The notes: generated by a model from the sequence alone, not told the origin. A stretch of 63,893 bases of DNA, filler included, from Octopus bimaculoides (GCF_001194135.2; 7 parts of 7 records of this genome joined end to end with filler, not necessarily neighbours in it), one strand, 5' to 3'. Shown: positions 50,281-63,803, numbered from the whole stretch's first letter. A program made the numbers and translations.

Positions 50281-51437
50281 TGCGTATGCATGCATGTGTG
50301 CACATGCACAAAGCAAACATTGTGAGTCTTGCTGAGGAGCATAACACAATAGCTGGTGTAAGATTAAAATTTCCCGAGCAATAAACATGGTTGGTCTCAT
50401 ATAGTTTTGCATCTTAACTCCTGAAACGTTAACTCAATGATAACTTAATGAAATATGTTTGCTTTGTATTTTGAATTTATTAAGCTAAAGTGGAGAAGCA
50501 TATACCCATGCATGTTACCCATATATGTGTGCGCATCTGTGTGTTTGCTTAAACAAGATAATTTTACATCCAGCTAGTGAGTTTTAGCTGACCTAAATAA
50601 ACTGACAGACCAGATAGTATGTTCTAATGAAAACTGTATTTAGATCAATGCAGTACAACCATGGCTTTAGGATTAAGATTGAAAAATACTATAGAAGTGC
50701 TTTGGGGTAGGAAACATTCATTTTTGTATGCTTTAGAAAAAAAAAAGTTTTCTCTGTTTTAAATTGTATAATTTATATTTTTTGAAGATACTTTCATTAA
50801 TTAGAATTCTGGGGGGAAAAAAATGCATGAATTTTCAAAAATTTTACTTTTCATTAAAAAGCATTGAAAGTAAAAGTTTATCAATTCTTTTACTGTTAAA
50901 ACTGGGGGGAAAAAAAATTCACACACACACACACACACACCACGATCTGATGTTTGTATCTCTAGATCTATTACATTTAAATAACTTTTACTGATTTTTC
51001 TCTACAATCAATAAACTGCTTTCATTTCTTTTCATTTATTATTACTATTATTTTTTTTTTTTTTTATCAATATTGAAGTTTATAGCTAGCCACTTGGAAT
51101 TGATTTAAGGTAAAAAGTTGCCTGCTGTTTATAAGATACTTCAATGTTTCTCTATATCTCTGATGAAGAACAAAAAAGTTAAAAAAGAACTATAAAACTT
51201 ATTCTTACTTTGAGGTAAGGGTTGTTGCACATATTTTACGACCTCACTGCATTTCTAGGTTACTGGGAAGCACTAAGGGGAGAAACCACAAGCCAAAGAG
51301 AAGAAGAGTGAACAAAGCCCAAATATTCGAGTATTTCNNNNNNNNNNNNNNNNNNNNNNNNNNNNNNNNNNNNNNNNNNNNTTAATTAATTAANNNNNNN
51401 NNNNNNNNNNNNNNNNNNNNNNNNNNNNNNNNNNNNN

Positions 51438-51499
<62 letters not shown>

Positions 51500-53108
51500 G
51501 TATATGTATGTATACATGTATATATGTATAAGTATGTATGTATGCATGTATGTATGTATGCATGTGTGTATGTATGTAACTTCCCAGTTCTCACAATTCT
51601 ATATAGAGTCGTCATTCACTTTTGCTCACGTAAAAGCATATTAGGTTCGTAGTTTCCTTTACTGTTCTTATTGGTTATTGAGAAGCTTCAACGAGCGAAT
51701 ATACATTTAACAGGCCATTGGGTCATGCGCCGATGTAAAGGCGCCCTACGTAATTTTGGCTTCAAACCAAAGTCCATTTTGTTTCATTTTGTTTTCTCTC
51801 AGTTATGTTGATACAAAATCAAAAACAAAAAAACAAAAAAATGAAAACTGGTGTATTATCCTTCCACGAATTAAGTTCAGAAAGACAGGAAGTACACTGA
51901 GGCAATTCTTAATTCATATGAAATGATGAAATGAATACAAATCCAACGAGGCATGAACTTGCAATGCAATTGATGCTATTAATCAACAAAAAATTAGGTA
52001 AGAAGAGACACATTTTTGAGAATTCTTGCACACTTGATGGTTTTTGTCAAACTTCCTGACATGCAAAACTTCTGTGATAAATATGAAAAGTTGTATAGCG
52101 TATGCAATGAAATATTTTTAAAATGTGTAGAATATACTGAACTTTTCGGGCTCACCATTCATAAACATTCGTGCAGAATTGAAGATAGATAAACAGTCGT
52201 GTACTACCTAGGGAAAACTATTGAAAATGAGCAAAACAGCTTGTGATAGGGTGTGCAATAAAGACTCAAATTTTAATATGTAAAGACTTTGTGAAATATT
52301 ATGTAATTTTTCTGGACTACATCGGATGTAAGTCATATGGAGCACATCGCAACGATTGTAAATTGTGTAGATGAAATCATGCTATCGAATAAGTCCTGGG
52401 GTCGATTTTCTCGACTAAAGGCGGTGCTCCAGCATGGCTGCAGTCAAGTGACTGAAACAAGTAATGGAGTAAAAGAATAAAAGTGATAATGATTAAAAAA
52501 TAAAGGACATCGTTTTAAATATGCTTTTGTTGCTGAATGAAATGCCAAAAAAAAAAAAAAAAACCCCAAAAATGAAATATTGAATTGAAAGTTCGGAAAT
52601 TGCGTTTATTTCCACCACGCTACACTTATAAGATCAACGTGTTGTCTATCGAAAGAGTGCTCTTTGGTACAAGTAAATGCCGATGAAATCATTTCAAACC
52701 TTTCCAATTTCCCTTATCAAAACAGCTAGAACTTGTGCAACAATCTGACATGTAAGTTATTGTCACTGGGGAAGAGGATTTTTTATGCTCAAGAAAGAGA
52801 GTGTATTTGATAGGAATTGTTGAAATACATGTGAAATTCATATGAGTAGCAAATTGAGGAAGATGTTATTCACTGCATTTGGATCTTGTTAGTTTGAATC
52901 TCAAAATCAGCCCCCTTTTAAAACACTGTAAAAAAATCTGAAAATTTGTCACATTCATGTCTTATTCAGGATCTAGTTTGTTTCATTCATAAAATCTGCA
53001 TTTTTTAAAAAAAGGAAGTAAGAAATCTGAAAATTGGTTATCTTGATGCAGTTTTCCTTGATTATTCCTACGAAGCCATGAACTTCTGAAGAAAATATTT
53101 TACACAAA

Positions 53109-54021
53109 ACTTTTTTTCCAATTCGTGGTTTTAAAATACGGACAGTCCAAATCTATTATTCGTTTCTCTTCATAATTTCCAAATAATTTTTTAAATACTT
53201 CAAAATCAAAATTGCGTAAGTATATGTGCCAGAAACAGTAGTTAAAAATTAAAGAAATAGATTTTTTGGAGATCTCTTATAATGACTGACTTTTATTCCA
53301 TTATTCTAATATCTTCTGTAACTTATACATACATATACATGTATAAATCCACACAGAAACATACAAATACACACACATATTTTACAGAGTTAGTTTTATA
53401 TACATCCTTGTATATATATAAATACTTCGGCATATCCACACAATTGTGCCCCAAAGATTTGCTTCTTCATAAACTTGAGAAAATTAAATATTTCTTTTCT
53501 ACAAATATGCTTCAGATCACGTAGATTCCAATTAAATTGGAATTCATTGTAAAAACCGTCTGTCCCTAAACGAGTTTTAGAAAATTCACACCATTAGGCT
53601 TTGTTATATATATATATATGTATATATGCGTGGGTGTCTACGTATTGTTTTAATTATATCTTTACACACGCACTTACACAAATAAACATATGGCACACCG
53701 TCGGTTACGACAATCACAAACATCCAAAACTTCTGCACAACTCTTCCAACTTCATTTTTTCTCTTAAAAAGAAGGCTTTCGTCTACTTGGAGGATATGTC
53801 GTACCACTGCACGGCTGTCTGTCTGCTAATATTGCTGATGGACATGCAGAATGTCACTGGCATTTCACATATAAAGTCCAGGATTATGTGAAAAAGTATG
53901 AAGACCGTCAACCGACCTTCTTCCATAAAAGTATTAAAAAATTGTTTGGAAATTATAAAGAGAAAGGAATGGTAGATTCGGACTGTCCGTATTTTAAACC
54001 CACGAACAAAAAAAAAAAAGT
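53109..54021 (-). mobile_element. Probable non-autonomous Merlin (IS1595/ISXO2-like) element
   Basis: ~92-bp inverted arms (53109-53200, 53929-54021) around ISRQTAVQW..HILQVDESLLFKRKNEVGRVVQKFWMF, resembling V.IDES.F.KRK..GR....WVFG. Confidence 0.6.
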
Positions 54022-55744
54022 GGGGGGAAGAGATTTTTATTGTTGCATAATCATAGCAATTCCATTATGCAGAAGACAGAATCGAAAAAGTTTGTAAAAA
54101 TTTGTAAAAATACAAAAGTTATGTTAACACGTGCTTACATCATAATNNNNNNNNNNNNNNNNNNNNNNNNNNNNNNNNNNNNNNNNNNNNTTAATTAATT
54201 AANNNNNNNNNNNNNNNNNNNNNNNNNNNNNNNNNNNNNNNNNNNNTATATAAATATAAATATGTAAATATGAGATGCGGAAAAACATATATATGTAATA
54301 TATATATATATATCAATACTTAAATGTGCAAATATGCACATACACACACACACACACTTGTATACATATACATATATGCATATATATACATTAGCATTAT
54401 TGCTGTAAATGTATCACATGTTTAGAAACATACATACATGCACACATACACATACACACATACATACATTCATATATGCATACATACACACATACATACA
54501 TAAACACATACACATACATATGTATCATCCTTTGCCTTTCCTTTGGATTACATCGGTGGCGTGAAGAGGGGAGGCTGGTATGCATGGGCGACTGCTGGTC
54601 TTCCATAAACAACCTTGCCCAGACTTGTGCCTTGGAGGGTAACTTTTAAGGTACCGTCCCTTGGTCATTCATGGTTGAAAAGGGTCTTTTACTTTATTAT
54701 AAAAGAGAAAGTGGGAGTGATTGGGATGGATCTAGAAGGAGATAAGAATATTGATTGAGTGGTGTCAGGGTGGGCCCTCAAGATGCAAGATGATATTTGA
54801 GTTGTCCTTTCACTCCTTGAGCAAAACTCTCATGATCTCTGCATTTATTGTTGACATTACATCCAGTCAGCCTGTGCTTTCAAAGCTTTGGAGAATAAAA
54901 AAAAAATCTTTAACTTGAAAAACATAAAAGGGTTGGTGACAGGAAGAGTATCTAAATGTAAAAATCCTGCCTCAAATAACTTCTCATCCAACCCATACCA
55001 GAGTGGGAAAACTGACATTGGAAACAAACACACACATACTTAAATAACACTTTATTTATTGGCCCTGGTTATACGTAAAGCAAAGCGGGTCTTGATGGGA
55101 TTTGAAACAATGACAAATATAGAAATAAACTATATTACTCTGTGTGTCTTAATTTACCTGGTAGATGAAAACTGTCTCCCCTTCTACCTCACAGCTGATT
55201 GGTTAATTGTTAGCACAACATCTAACTGTAAAATCAATTGTTACGACACCCATTCCTTCCTACCCACGCTCGTACAGAAAAATAATTGCGATACAGCCAT
55301 TCCACAAAAGATAATATAACTGTAAGCTAAATTGAATTTACTTTTATCACAATATAGTATTATCGCATTATCACTAAATTTAAGGCTCCATTGTTCTGTA
55401 AAGCAAAATTTCATGCATCTTACGAGTATCACAAAGCTACAGCTCAAGTAAAATTCACTAATTTTGGATATCACACACACACACACAAAGTTTTATGTTG
55501 ATATCATGTGATAAATATTTCACTGTTTTCTTTTTTCACTTGTTGAGAAATGAAGCTGCTAAACACAAAGATGATGAGTTTCAAACACCATCCTTGGTGT
55601 TCATCTTATATCCACAAAGTGAACAGCTATATTTTATCCCAGTTTTAGTTCATTTTTAGCTAAAATATAAGAAGAGCAAGAATGGCTATGTAGTTAAGAA
55701 GTTTGCTTTGCAACCGTGAAGCTCCTGGTTTGATTTCACTGTGA

Positions 55745-56150
55745 AGTGTGGCTGTGTGGTAAGAAGCTTGCTTCCCAACCACATGTGTGTATGCGTGTGC
55801 ATTTTGTGAATGAGTGTGTATGTGTGTTTAACTATATCTCAATAACAAAAAGACTTTCTTTCACCTGAGGATGTAGTTTAAATTCCACATTATTTTGAAG
55901 GACTTTGTCTTCTACTATATCCTCGGGCTGACCAAAGCCTTGTGAGTGGATTTGGTAGACGGAAACTGAAAGAAGCCCGTCGTATATATGTATATATGTG
56001 TGTGTGTTTACGTCTCCGTAACTTAGCGCTTCGGCAAAAGAGACTGATAGAATAAGTACTTACAAAGAATAAGTCCTGGGGTCGATTTGCATGACTAAAG
56101 GCGGTGCTCCAGCATGGCCACACTCAAATGACTGAACCAAATAAAAGAGT
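55745..56150 (+). mobile_element. SINE family A, rearranged
   Basis: Head, body and tail segments present with an intervening stretch. Confidence 0.75.
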
Positions 56151-56432
56151 ATAAAAATGGGGTAGGGTACTTTATGAGGTTACCTTAGGTTTCCTGTCCA
56201 TAAAGGGTTTAGCTTTATGGCGTATTGTCAGATCTCAAAAACCTTTTGTCCCAAGACCTCTTAAAAATATGGAGGTCCTCTAAATTTTCAAGTGGTCTTG
56301 ATGTTATGCCATAAAGGTAAGCCCTTTATGTATGGGAAACCTAAGATAATCCCATAAACTGATCATCCCCATTTTTAATATATTCTGCTCTAAATCTTAG
56401 AGTGTGCTTCTTCCATATTTATGTTTTTTACA

Positions 56433-56477
<45 letters not shown>

Positions 56478-57099
56478 TATGAAAAACCAAAGGAAAATGT
56501 ACACATATTTGCTCAATTTGAACATTACATAACTTATTCCTATGTTTTCTATGAAAGATGGCAGGGTGAGGGGGTCTATGTAGTCACTCAAATGGCTAGA
56601 AAAAGCAGGTAAATCCACCTTCCAACCACACCCTATGTGTATACCTGATAATATTGTCCCAGATACACTATATCTAAATAGCAATAAAAAAAAAGGGGAT
56701 ATGATGACCTTGGACTAAACATCAACAAAAACAACACCAAAACAACACATAGTTATTATGTAGCACGATGTTTAGAATTTTTAGATTGTGGCATACAAAA
56801 GGAGTATTATTTATGTGAGAACATTTTGGTTTTTACTAAAAGCCAAAAAACCACAAAAATGACAAAGAAAAATCTCAGCAAGGTTTGAAACCTTCACCAT
56901 TAAACTCTATACTTCTATATCCTCTACACTTCCCCAAACCAATGTGCTTTTCAAAACCATTGCAGTTTATTTTTAAAATATATATATGTATACACACGCA
57001 TATATATATATATATATGACAGAGAAAGTAATATATATACACACACACAAACACATATATATATATATATACATATGCATGTATGTTTGTGTGTGTGTG

Positions 57100-57130
<31 letters not shown>

Positions 57131-58399
57131 GCACACGTATGTATTTATATATACATACACACACACGGATACATCAAAACACCTTTCTACTTTGCTTAAA
57201 ACTGTGTTCCTCATTAAAGCTTTTTACAACACCGAAAATATGCAAATGAGTTACACCTGCAGCAACAGGCTTCAGATTTACAGAGGGGTGGGAGACGACG
57301 ACAGAATGGTGCTGGGGTGATGACATTAATGCCTTTCTCAAGTATATTAACAACACATGCGCAAAGAAAGATNNNNNNNNNNNNNNNNNNNNNNNNNNNN
57401 NNNNNNNNNNNNNNNNNNNNNNNNNNNNNNNNNNNNNNNNNNNNNNNNNNNNNNNNNNNNNNNNNNNNNNNNNNNNNNNNNNNNNNNNNNNNNNNNNNNN
57501 NNNNNNNNNNNNNNNNNNNNNNNNNNNNNNNNNNNNNNNNNNNNNNNNNNNNNNNNNNNNNNNNNNNNNNNNNNNNNNNNNNNNNNNNNNNNNNNNNNNN
57601 NNNNNNNNNNNNNNNNNNNNNNNNNNNNNNNNNNNNNNNNNNNNNNNNNNNNNNNNNNNNNNNNNNNNNNNNNNNNNNNNNNNNNNNNNNNNNNNNNNNN
57701 NNNNNNNNNNNNNNNNNNNNNNNNNNNNNNNNNNNNNNNNNNNNNNNNNNNNNNNNNNNNNNNNNNNNNNNNNNNNNNNNNNNNNNNNNNNNNNNNNNNN
57801 NNNNNNNNNNNNNNNNNNNNNNNNNNNNNNNNNNNNNNNNNNNNNNNNNNNNNNNNNNNNNNNNNNNNNNNNNNNNNNNNNNNNNNNNNNNNNNNNNNNN
57901 NNNNNNNNNNNNNNNNNNNNNNNNNNNNNNNNNNNNNNNNNNNNNNNNNNNNNNNNNNNNNNNNNNNNNNNNNNNNNNNNNNNNNNNNNNNNNNNNNNNN
58001 NNNNNNNNNNNNNNNNNNNNNNNNNNNNNNNNNNNNNNNNNNNNNNNNNNNNNNNNNNNNNNNNNNNNNNNNNNNNNNNNNNNNNNNNNNNNNNNNNNNN
58101 NNNNNNNNNNNNNNNNNNNNNNNNNNNNNNNNNNNNNNNNNNNNNNNNNNNNNNNNNNNNNNNNNNNNNNNNNNNNNNNNNNNNNNNNNNNNNNNNNNNN
58201 NNNNNNNNNNNNNNNNNNNNNNNNNNNNNNNNNNNNNNNNNNNNNNNNNNNNNNNNNNNNNNNNNNNNNNNNNNNNNNNNNNNNNNNACTTACGAGGGTG
58301 GTGCCCTATGGTACACCCTTGGCCCCTGATCTTTACCAATCCTTCAGAAATTCCCTAACCCAACCCTAACCGTAACCCTTGGCCCCTGATCCTTGACCC

Positions 58400-58840
58400 T
58401 TGGCGGCACATATGGGGAGCCCTATGGCACACTTACGAGGGTGGCACATCCTTGGCGGCACGTATGGGGAGCCCTATGGCACACTTACGAGGGTGGCACA
58501 TCCTTGGCGGCACATATGGGGAGGCACACTTACTAGGGTGGCACATCATTGGCGGCACATATGGAGAGCCCTATGGCACACTTACGAGGGTGTCACATCC
58601 TTGGCGGCACATATGGGGAGCCCTATGGCACACTTACGAGGGTGACACATCCTTGGCAGCACATATGGGGAGCCCTATGGCACACTTACGAGGGTGTCAC
58701 ATCCTTGGCGGCACATATGGGGAGCCCTATGGCACACTTACGAGGATGGCACATCCTTAGCGGCACATATGGGGAGCCCTATGGCACACTTAGGAGTGTG
58801 GCACATCCTTATGGCACACTTACAAGGGTGGCACATATGG
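58400..58840 (+). repeat. 52-bp GC-rich minisatellite, about 8 copies, between inverted repeats
   Basis: Unit cacttacgagggtggcacatccttggcggcacatatggggagccctatggca (starts 58430, 58482...). Confidence 0.95.
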
Positions 58841-59406
58841 GGAGGGTCAAAGATCAGGGGCCAAGTGTCATAGGTCAGGATGTCACTAGTAATTTGGCTT
58901 TTTTTTTTGTATGGTGGTTCTACGGAAACAAGCGAGGGTTAGGTTTTGTGTTAGGGTCAAGGGCCTAAACAAATATGACAAACAAATATAGAAGATAATA
59001 AAAAAATTTGGTTATATTTGTAATATGAATTTATTATTTGACAGTGACAAAAGTACATTAAATACAACTTTTATATGTAGAAAGCCTCCAAAAATACAAA
59101 ACAAGAACGAAAAGAAGAAATAGAAAATGAAATGAAAATATAGATTCAATAAAAAAACAAAACAAACAAAAATGAACCCAAATGTAATCACGGTATGACA
59201 CAAAACCCCCACAAAGCAAGCTTTGGATATACAGAAATACTTGCAATGTGTGTGCGTGCGTGTGTGCGTGTGTGTATGTATGTACATACATATATATATA
59301 TATATANNNNNNNNNNNNNNNNNNNNNNNNNNNNNNNNNNNNNNNNNNNNTTAATTAATTAANNNNNNNNNNNNNNNNNNNNNNNNNNNNNNNNNNNNNN
59401 NNNNNN

Positions 59407-59566
59407 ATATAAAGTACTCTCTTGAATGGTCGATTATATCGAGAGCCCCCTACTTTGAGGCAAACATTAGTAAATGTTCATAATGTATTAGGGAATCCCT
59501 TGCGATACTCAGGTCTTTTGGACCAAAAACCTTAAATATGTTCACCGAAGTGATCCCCTTCTGCAA
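59407..59566 (+). mobile_element. Penelope-like element 3' coding end copy
   Basis: Near-identical to 61555-61712. Confidence 0.8.
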
Positions 59567-59729
59567 CCTGAGGTTGACGCTGAGAAACCTTTGTCAAGAA
59601 GTGAGTCTTTAATATAAAGTAACATGATTTATTTTGATAAAAATATAATAAACTAAACAGGTCAAATTCTGTATGTATCTCAAGTATGGAAGCAATTCGC
59701 GTAGCCGTTTTCGCGTGAAAAGTAAATAA

Positions 59730-59853
59730 AAGCTGGGCGAAGTGCTCCTGAAAGGTCTTACACATCTCTTCGGGTTCGTTTATCAACTTACCTTGTTGGT
59801 TCGTCAAAGATCCTATTGTAGCATCATTTCCACGTTGGGCTTCCACCACTCTG
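59730..59853 (-). mobile_element. L1/Tx1-like LINE fragment
   Basis: IGSLTNQQGKLINEPEEMCKTFQEHFAQL. Confidence 0.5.
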
Positions 59854-61000
59854 NNNNNNNNNNNNNNNNNNNNNNNNNNNNNNNNNNNNNNNNNNNNNNN
59901 NNNNNNNNNNNNNNNNNNNNNNNNNNNNNNNNNNNNNNNNNNNNNNNNNNNNNNNNNNNNNNNNNNNNNNNNNNNNNNNNNNNNNNNNNNNNNNNNNNNN
60001 NNNNNNNNNNNNNNNNNNNNNNNNNNNNNNNNNNNNNNNNNNNNNNNNNNNNNNNNNNNNNNNNNNNNNNNNNNNNNNNNNNNNNNNNNNNNNNNNNNNN
60101 NNNNNNNNNNNNNNNNNNNNNNNNNNNNNNNNNNNNNNNNNNNNNNNNNNNNNNNNNNNNNNNNNNNNNNNNNNNNNNNNNNNNNNNNNNNNNNNNNNNN
60201 NNNNNNNNNNNNNNNNNNNNNNNNNNNNNNNNNNNNNNNNNNNNNNNNNNNNNNNNNNNNNNNNNNNNNNNNNNNNNNNNNNNNNNNNNNNNNNNNNNNN
60301 NNNNNNNNNNNNNNNNNNNNNNNNNNNNNNNNNNNNNNNNNNNNNNNNNNNNNNNNNNNNNNNNNNNNNNNNNNNNNNNNNNNNNNNNNNNNNNNNNNNN
60401 NNNNNNNNNNNNNNNNNNNNNNNNNNNNNNNNNNNNNNNNNNNNNNNNNNNNNNNNNNNNNNNNNNNNNNNNNNNNNNNNNNNNNNNNNNNNNNNNNNNN
60501 NNNNNNNNNNNNNNNNNNNNNNNNNNNNNNNNNNNNNNNNNGTTAAAATTAATACGATTAAAAATTTCAAATATATAATATAGATCGATATAAAATAAAA
60601 TAAAACAAAGAAATGAGGTACAATAAAGTAGTCCATCGGTTAAAAGTAAATGACAAAACTTTAAAATGATTTAACACTATTTAGAGTTAGAATGTAAAGT
60701 TCTATACTTCCCACGGGTATATTTTATAATTTAAAAACAGTAGACATCAATAGGTAAGTCCGTATCAGTTAGGTATATACAAGAGTGAATCCAGGCACCC
60801 AGCAAGTAAAGCTTGTAGAATTTAATTCTGCTCAGCATGGTGAAAAGACAAATACAGCACCCAGTAGGTATCAGTCGGTAAAATCGATTTCAAGAAATTT
60901 GTTTTTTTTTCTTTTGGACATAAGAGCAAGTTTATATAGTCAATATGGACCAGCCTTAGACAAGCCTATGCAAATAATGGAGGAAAAAAAGTGTTATTTT

Positions 61001-61309
61001 TGAATAGTCAAACAGGCTGCAGTATCAAAATCAATCTTCGAGGTTTCAAATCACCCTAACGCAAACTATTACATTTGTTATTATCTATTGTTTTTATTTT
61101 TTTCTATAGTTTCAAGAAGGTGGAGGAAAACTTATGGTTGCAGAAGGGGATTACTTCGGTGAACTTATTTAAGGTTTTAGGTCCAAAAGACCTGAGTATC
61201 GCAAGGGATTCCCTAATACATAATGAACATTTACTAATATTTGCCTTAAAGTAGGGGGCTCTCGCTATAATAGACCATTCAAGAGAGTACTTTATATTCT
61301 TCTTCTTGA
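61001..61309 (-). mobile_element. Inverted copy of the Penelope 3' end (pLTR-like)
   Basis: Reverse complement of 61540-61862. Confidence 0.85.
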
Positions 61310-61359
61310 TATAAAGTTCTATATTTTCCTCGGGTATATTTTATAATTTAAAAACAGCA

Positions 61360-61862
61360 GACGGGTTCTGTTTATGTACAAACGTCGTATATAAATGCAA
61401 TATCAGGGACGAGAACAAACTAGATAAGTTTTATATAGGAAGCACGAAGGACTTTAAGGTTAGATATAGAGCGCATATGAGTTCGTTTTCAAACGAAAAA
61501 TACTGTAACTCTACTACACTCGCCTTTTATTTGCATGACTTCAAGAAGAAGAATATAAAGTACTCTCTTGAATGGTCGATTATATCGAGAGCCCCCTACT
61601 CTAAGGCAAATATTAGTAAATGTTCATATGTATTAGGGAATCCCTTGCGATACTCAGGTCTTTTGGACCAAAAACCTTAAATAAGTTCACCGAAGTAATC
61701 CCCTTCTGCAACCATAAGTTTTCCTCCACCTTCTTGAGACTTTATAGAAATAAAAATAAATATAAAATCAATAGATAGTAACAAGTATAATAGTTTACGT
61801 TAGGGAGATTTGAAACCTGGAAGATTGAGTTAGATACTGCAGCCTGTTTGACTATTCTAAAA
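61360..61862 (+). mobile_element. Penelope-like element GIY-YIG endonuclease and 3' end
   Basis: DGFCLCTNVVYKCNIRDENKLDKFYIGSTKDFKVRYRAHMSSFSNEKYCNSTTL..WSIISRAPY, then frameshifted CIRE..LN..E..CNH. Confidence 0.9.
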
Positions 61863-62049
61863 TAGCTGTTGACTTCGTTGATTTATGTGCTGGTGAATTT
61901 TGAAAAATAATTTTTTGAGNNNNNNNNNNNNNNNNNNNNNNNNNNNNNNNNNNNNNNNNNNNNTTAATTAATTAANNNNNNNNNNNNNNNNNNNNNNNNN
62001 NNNNNNNNNNNNNNNNNNNAACCTTTACCGGCAATAGCCGGCTGTAGGT

Positions 62050-62780
62050 GTAACTGGGCTTCATGTACCATTGCATGTCGTTTAAGTCCTCCCTTCTACA
62101 TACCTGACAGATATGATTAGTATGGTGTGTAGCACCACCACCAGCAGCCTGGTTGTCAATCATCGGTCTCGCTTTATGACTACGAAGATGACTCTTGAGT
62201 CCAGCCTTACTGAGACAGGGTCTTGCACAGACACTCCATGTCAGCGTCATAGGAAGACCCTTACCATCTGGAAGTGCAACAGCGATGCCCTTCCTGACAT
62301 CCCTCACTACTTTCTCATGCGCAACTCAAGATTTCTCAAAAGTAGCTGTCCCCTTGTGCACAATCCTTCTCCACCTGCTATGGTCAATAGCTATGCCCTC
62401 CCATGTGTCAGGAGAGTAGCAAGCATCTCTTAGGGAAGCCTTCAGCAAGTCCTTATACCTCTTTTTTGGTTTATTTGGAGGTCGTTCTCCTTTAGCTAAC
62501 TCTCCATAAAAGAGTTGTTTTGGCATCCTTGAATCCTTCATCCTGACCAGATGACCACTCCATCTGAGCCTTTGCTTCAACACAAGAGCTTCAATACTTT
62601 CACACCGAGAGTTTTCCAATATTTAAAGATCACTGATGTGGTCCTCTGACTTAATGCCACAGATCCGTCTGAGACACATCTGATGGAAACATTCCAGTTG
62701 TTTAAGGTGGTAACGATATGTGACCCATGTCTCACAGGCATAAAGAAGAGAAGAGAGTACACATGCCTTGTACACCTTTA
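62050..62780 (-). mobile_element. RTE/BovB-like LINE 3' region with C2H2-like finger
   Basis: QRLRWSGHLVRMKDSRMPKQLFYGEL..G.R...KPKKRYKD; VCARPCLSKAGLKSHLRSH. Confidence 0.9.
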
Positions 62781-63483
62781 TCTTTGTCTTCCTNNNNNNN
62801 NNNNNNNNNNNNNNNNNNNNNNNNNNNNNNNNNNNNNNNNNNNNNNNNNNNNNNNNNNNNNNNNNNNNNNNNNNNNNNNNNNNNNNNNNNNNNNNNNNNN
62901 NNNNNNNNNNNNNNNNNNNNNNNNNNNNNNNNNNNNNNNNNNNNNNNNNNNNNNNNNNNNNNNNNNNNNNNNNNNNNNNNNNNNNNNNNNNNNNNNNNNN
63001 NNNNNNNNNNNNNNNNNNNNNNNNNNNNNNNNNNNNNNNNNNNNNNNNNNNNNNNNNNNNNNNNNNNNNNNNNNNNNNNNNNNNNNNNNNNNNNNNNNNN
63101 NNNNNNNNNNNNNNNNNNNNNNNNNNNNNNNNNNNNNNNNNNNNNNNNNNNNNNNNNNNNNNNNNNNNNNNNNNNNNNNNNNNNNNNNNNNNNNNNNNNN
63201 NNNNNNNNNNNNNNNNNNNNNNNNNNNNNNNNNNNNNNNNNNNNNNNNNNNNNNNNNNNNNNNNNNNNNNNNNNNNNNNNNNNNNNNNNNNNNNNNNNNN
63301 NNNNNNNNNNNNNNNNNNNNNNNNNNNNNNNNNNNNNNNNNNNNNNNNNNNNNNNNNNNNNNNNNNNNNNNNNNNNNNNNNNNNNNNNNNNNNNNNNNNN
63401 NNNNNNNNNNNNNNNNNNNNNNNNNNNNNNNNNNNNNNNNNNNNNNNNNNNNNNNNNNNNNNNNNNNNNNNNNNNNNNNNNNT

Positions 63484-63803
63484 AGCACTTTTTCACACAG
63501 CTATCCTCATCCATTCTCGCCACATGACCATACCAGCGCAATCGTTGCTCTTGCACACCACAACTGATGCTTCTTAGGTCCAACTTTTCTCTCAAGGTAC
63601 TTACACTCTGTTGAGTATGCACACTGACATTACACGTCCATTGGAACATACTGGCTTCATTCCTTGTGAGCTTACACATGTCCTCAGCAGTCACGGCCCA
63701 TGTTTCACTGCCATGTAGCATGGCTGTTCGTACACATGCGTCATACAGTCTGCCTTTTACTCTGAGTGAGAGGCCCCTTGTCACTAGCAAAGGTAAGAGC
63801 TGA
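63484..63803 (-). mobile_element. RTE LINE fragment, same family as 6945-7570
   Basis: GRLYDACVRTAMLHGSETWAVTAED..RLRWYGHVARMDEDSCVKKC. Confidence 0.95.

Noticed and set aside
58400-58968. Repetitive ORFs and CRISPR-like regularity
   Set aside because: Contiguous 52-bp units with no unique spacers and no cas genes; eukaryotic minisatellite.
61110-61300. Initial impression of a mitochondrial rRNA insertion
   Set aside because: It is the reverse complement of the Penelope GIY-YIG C-terminal coding region.
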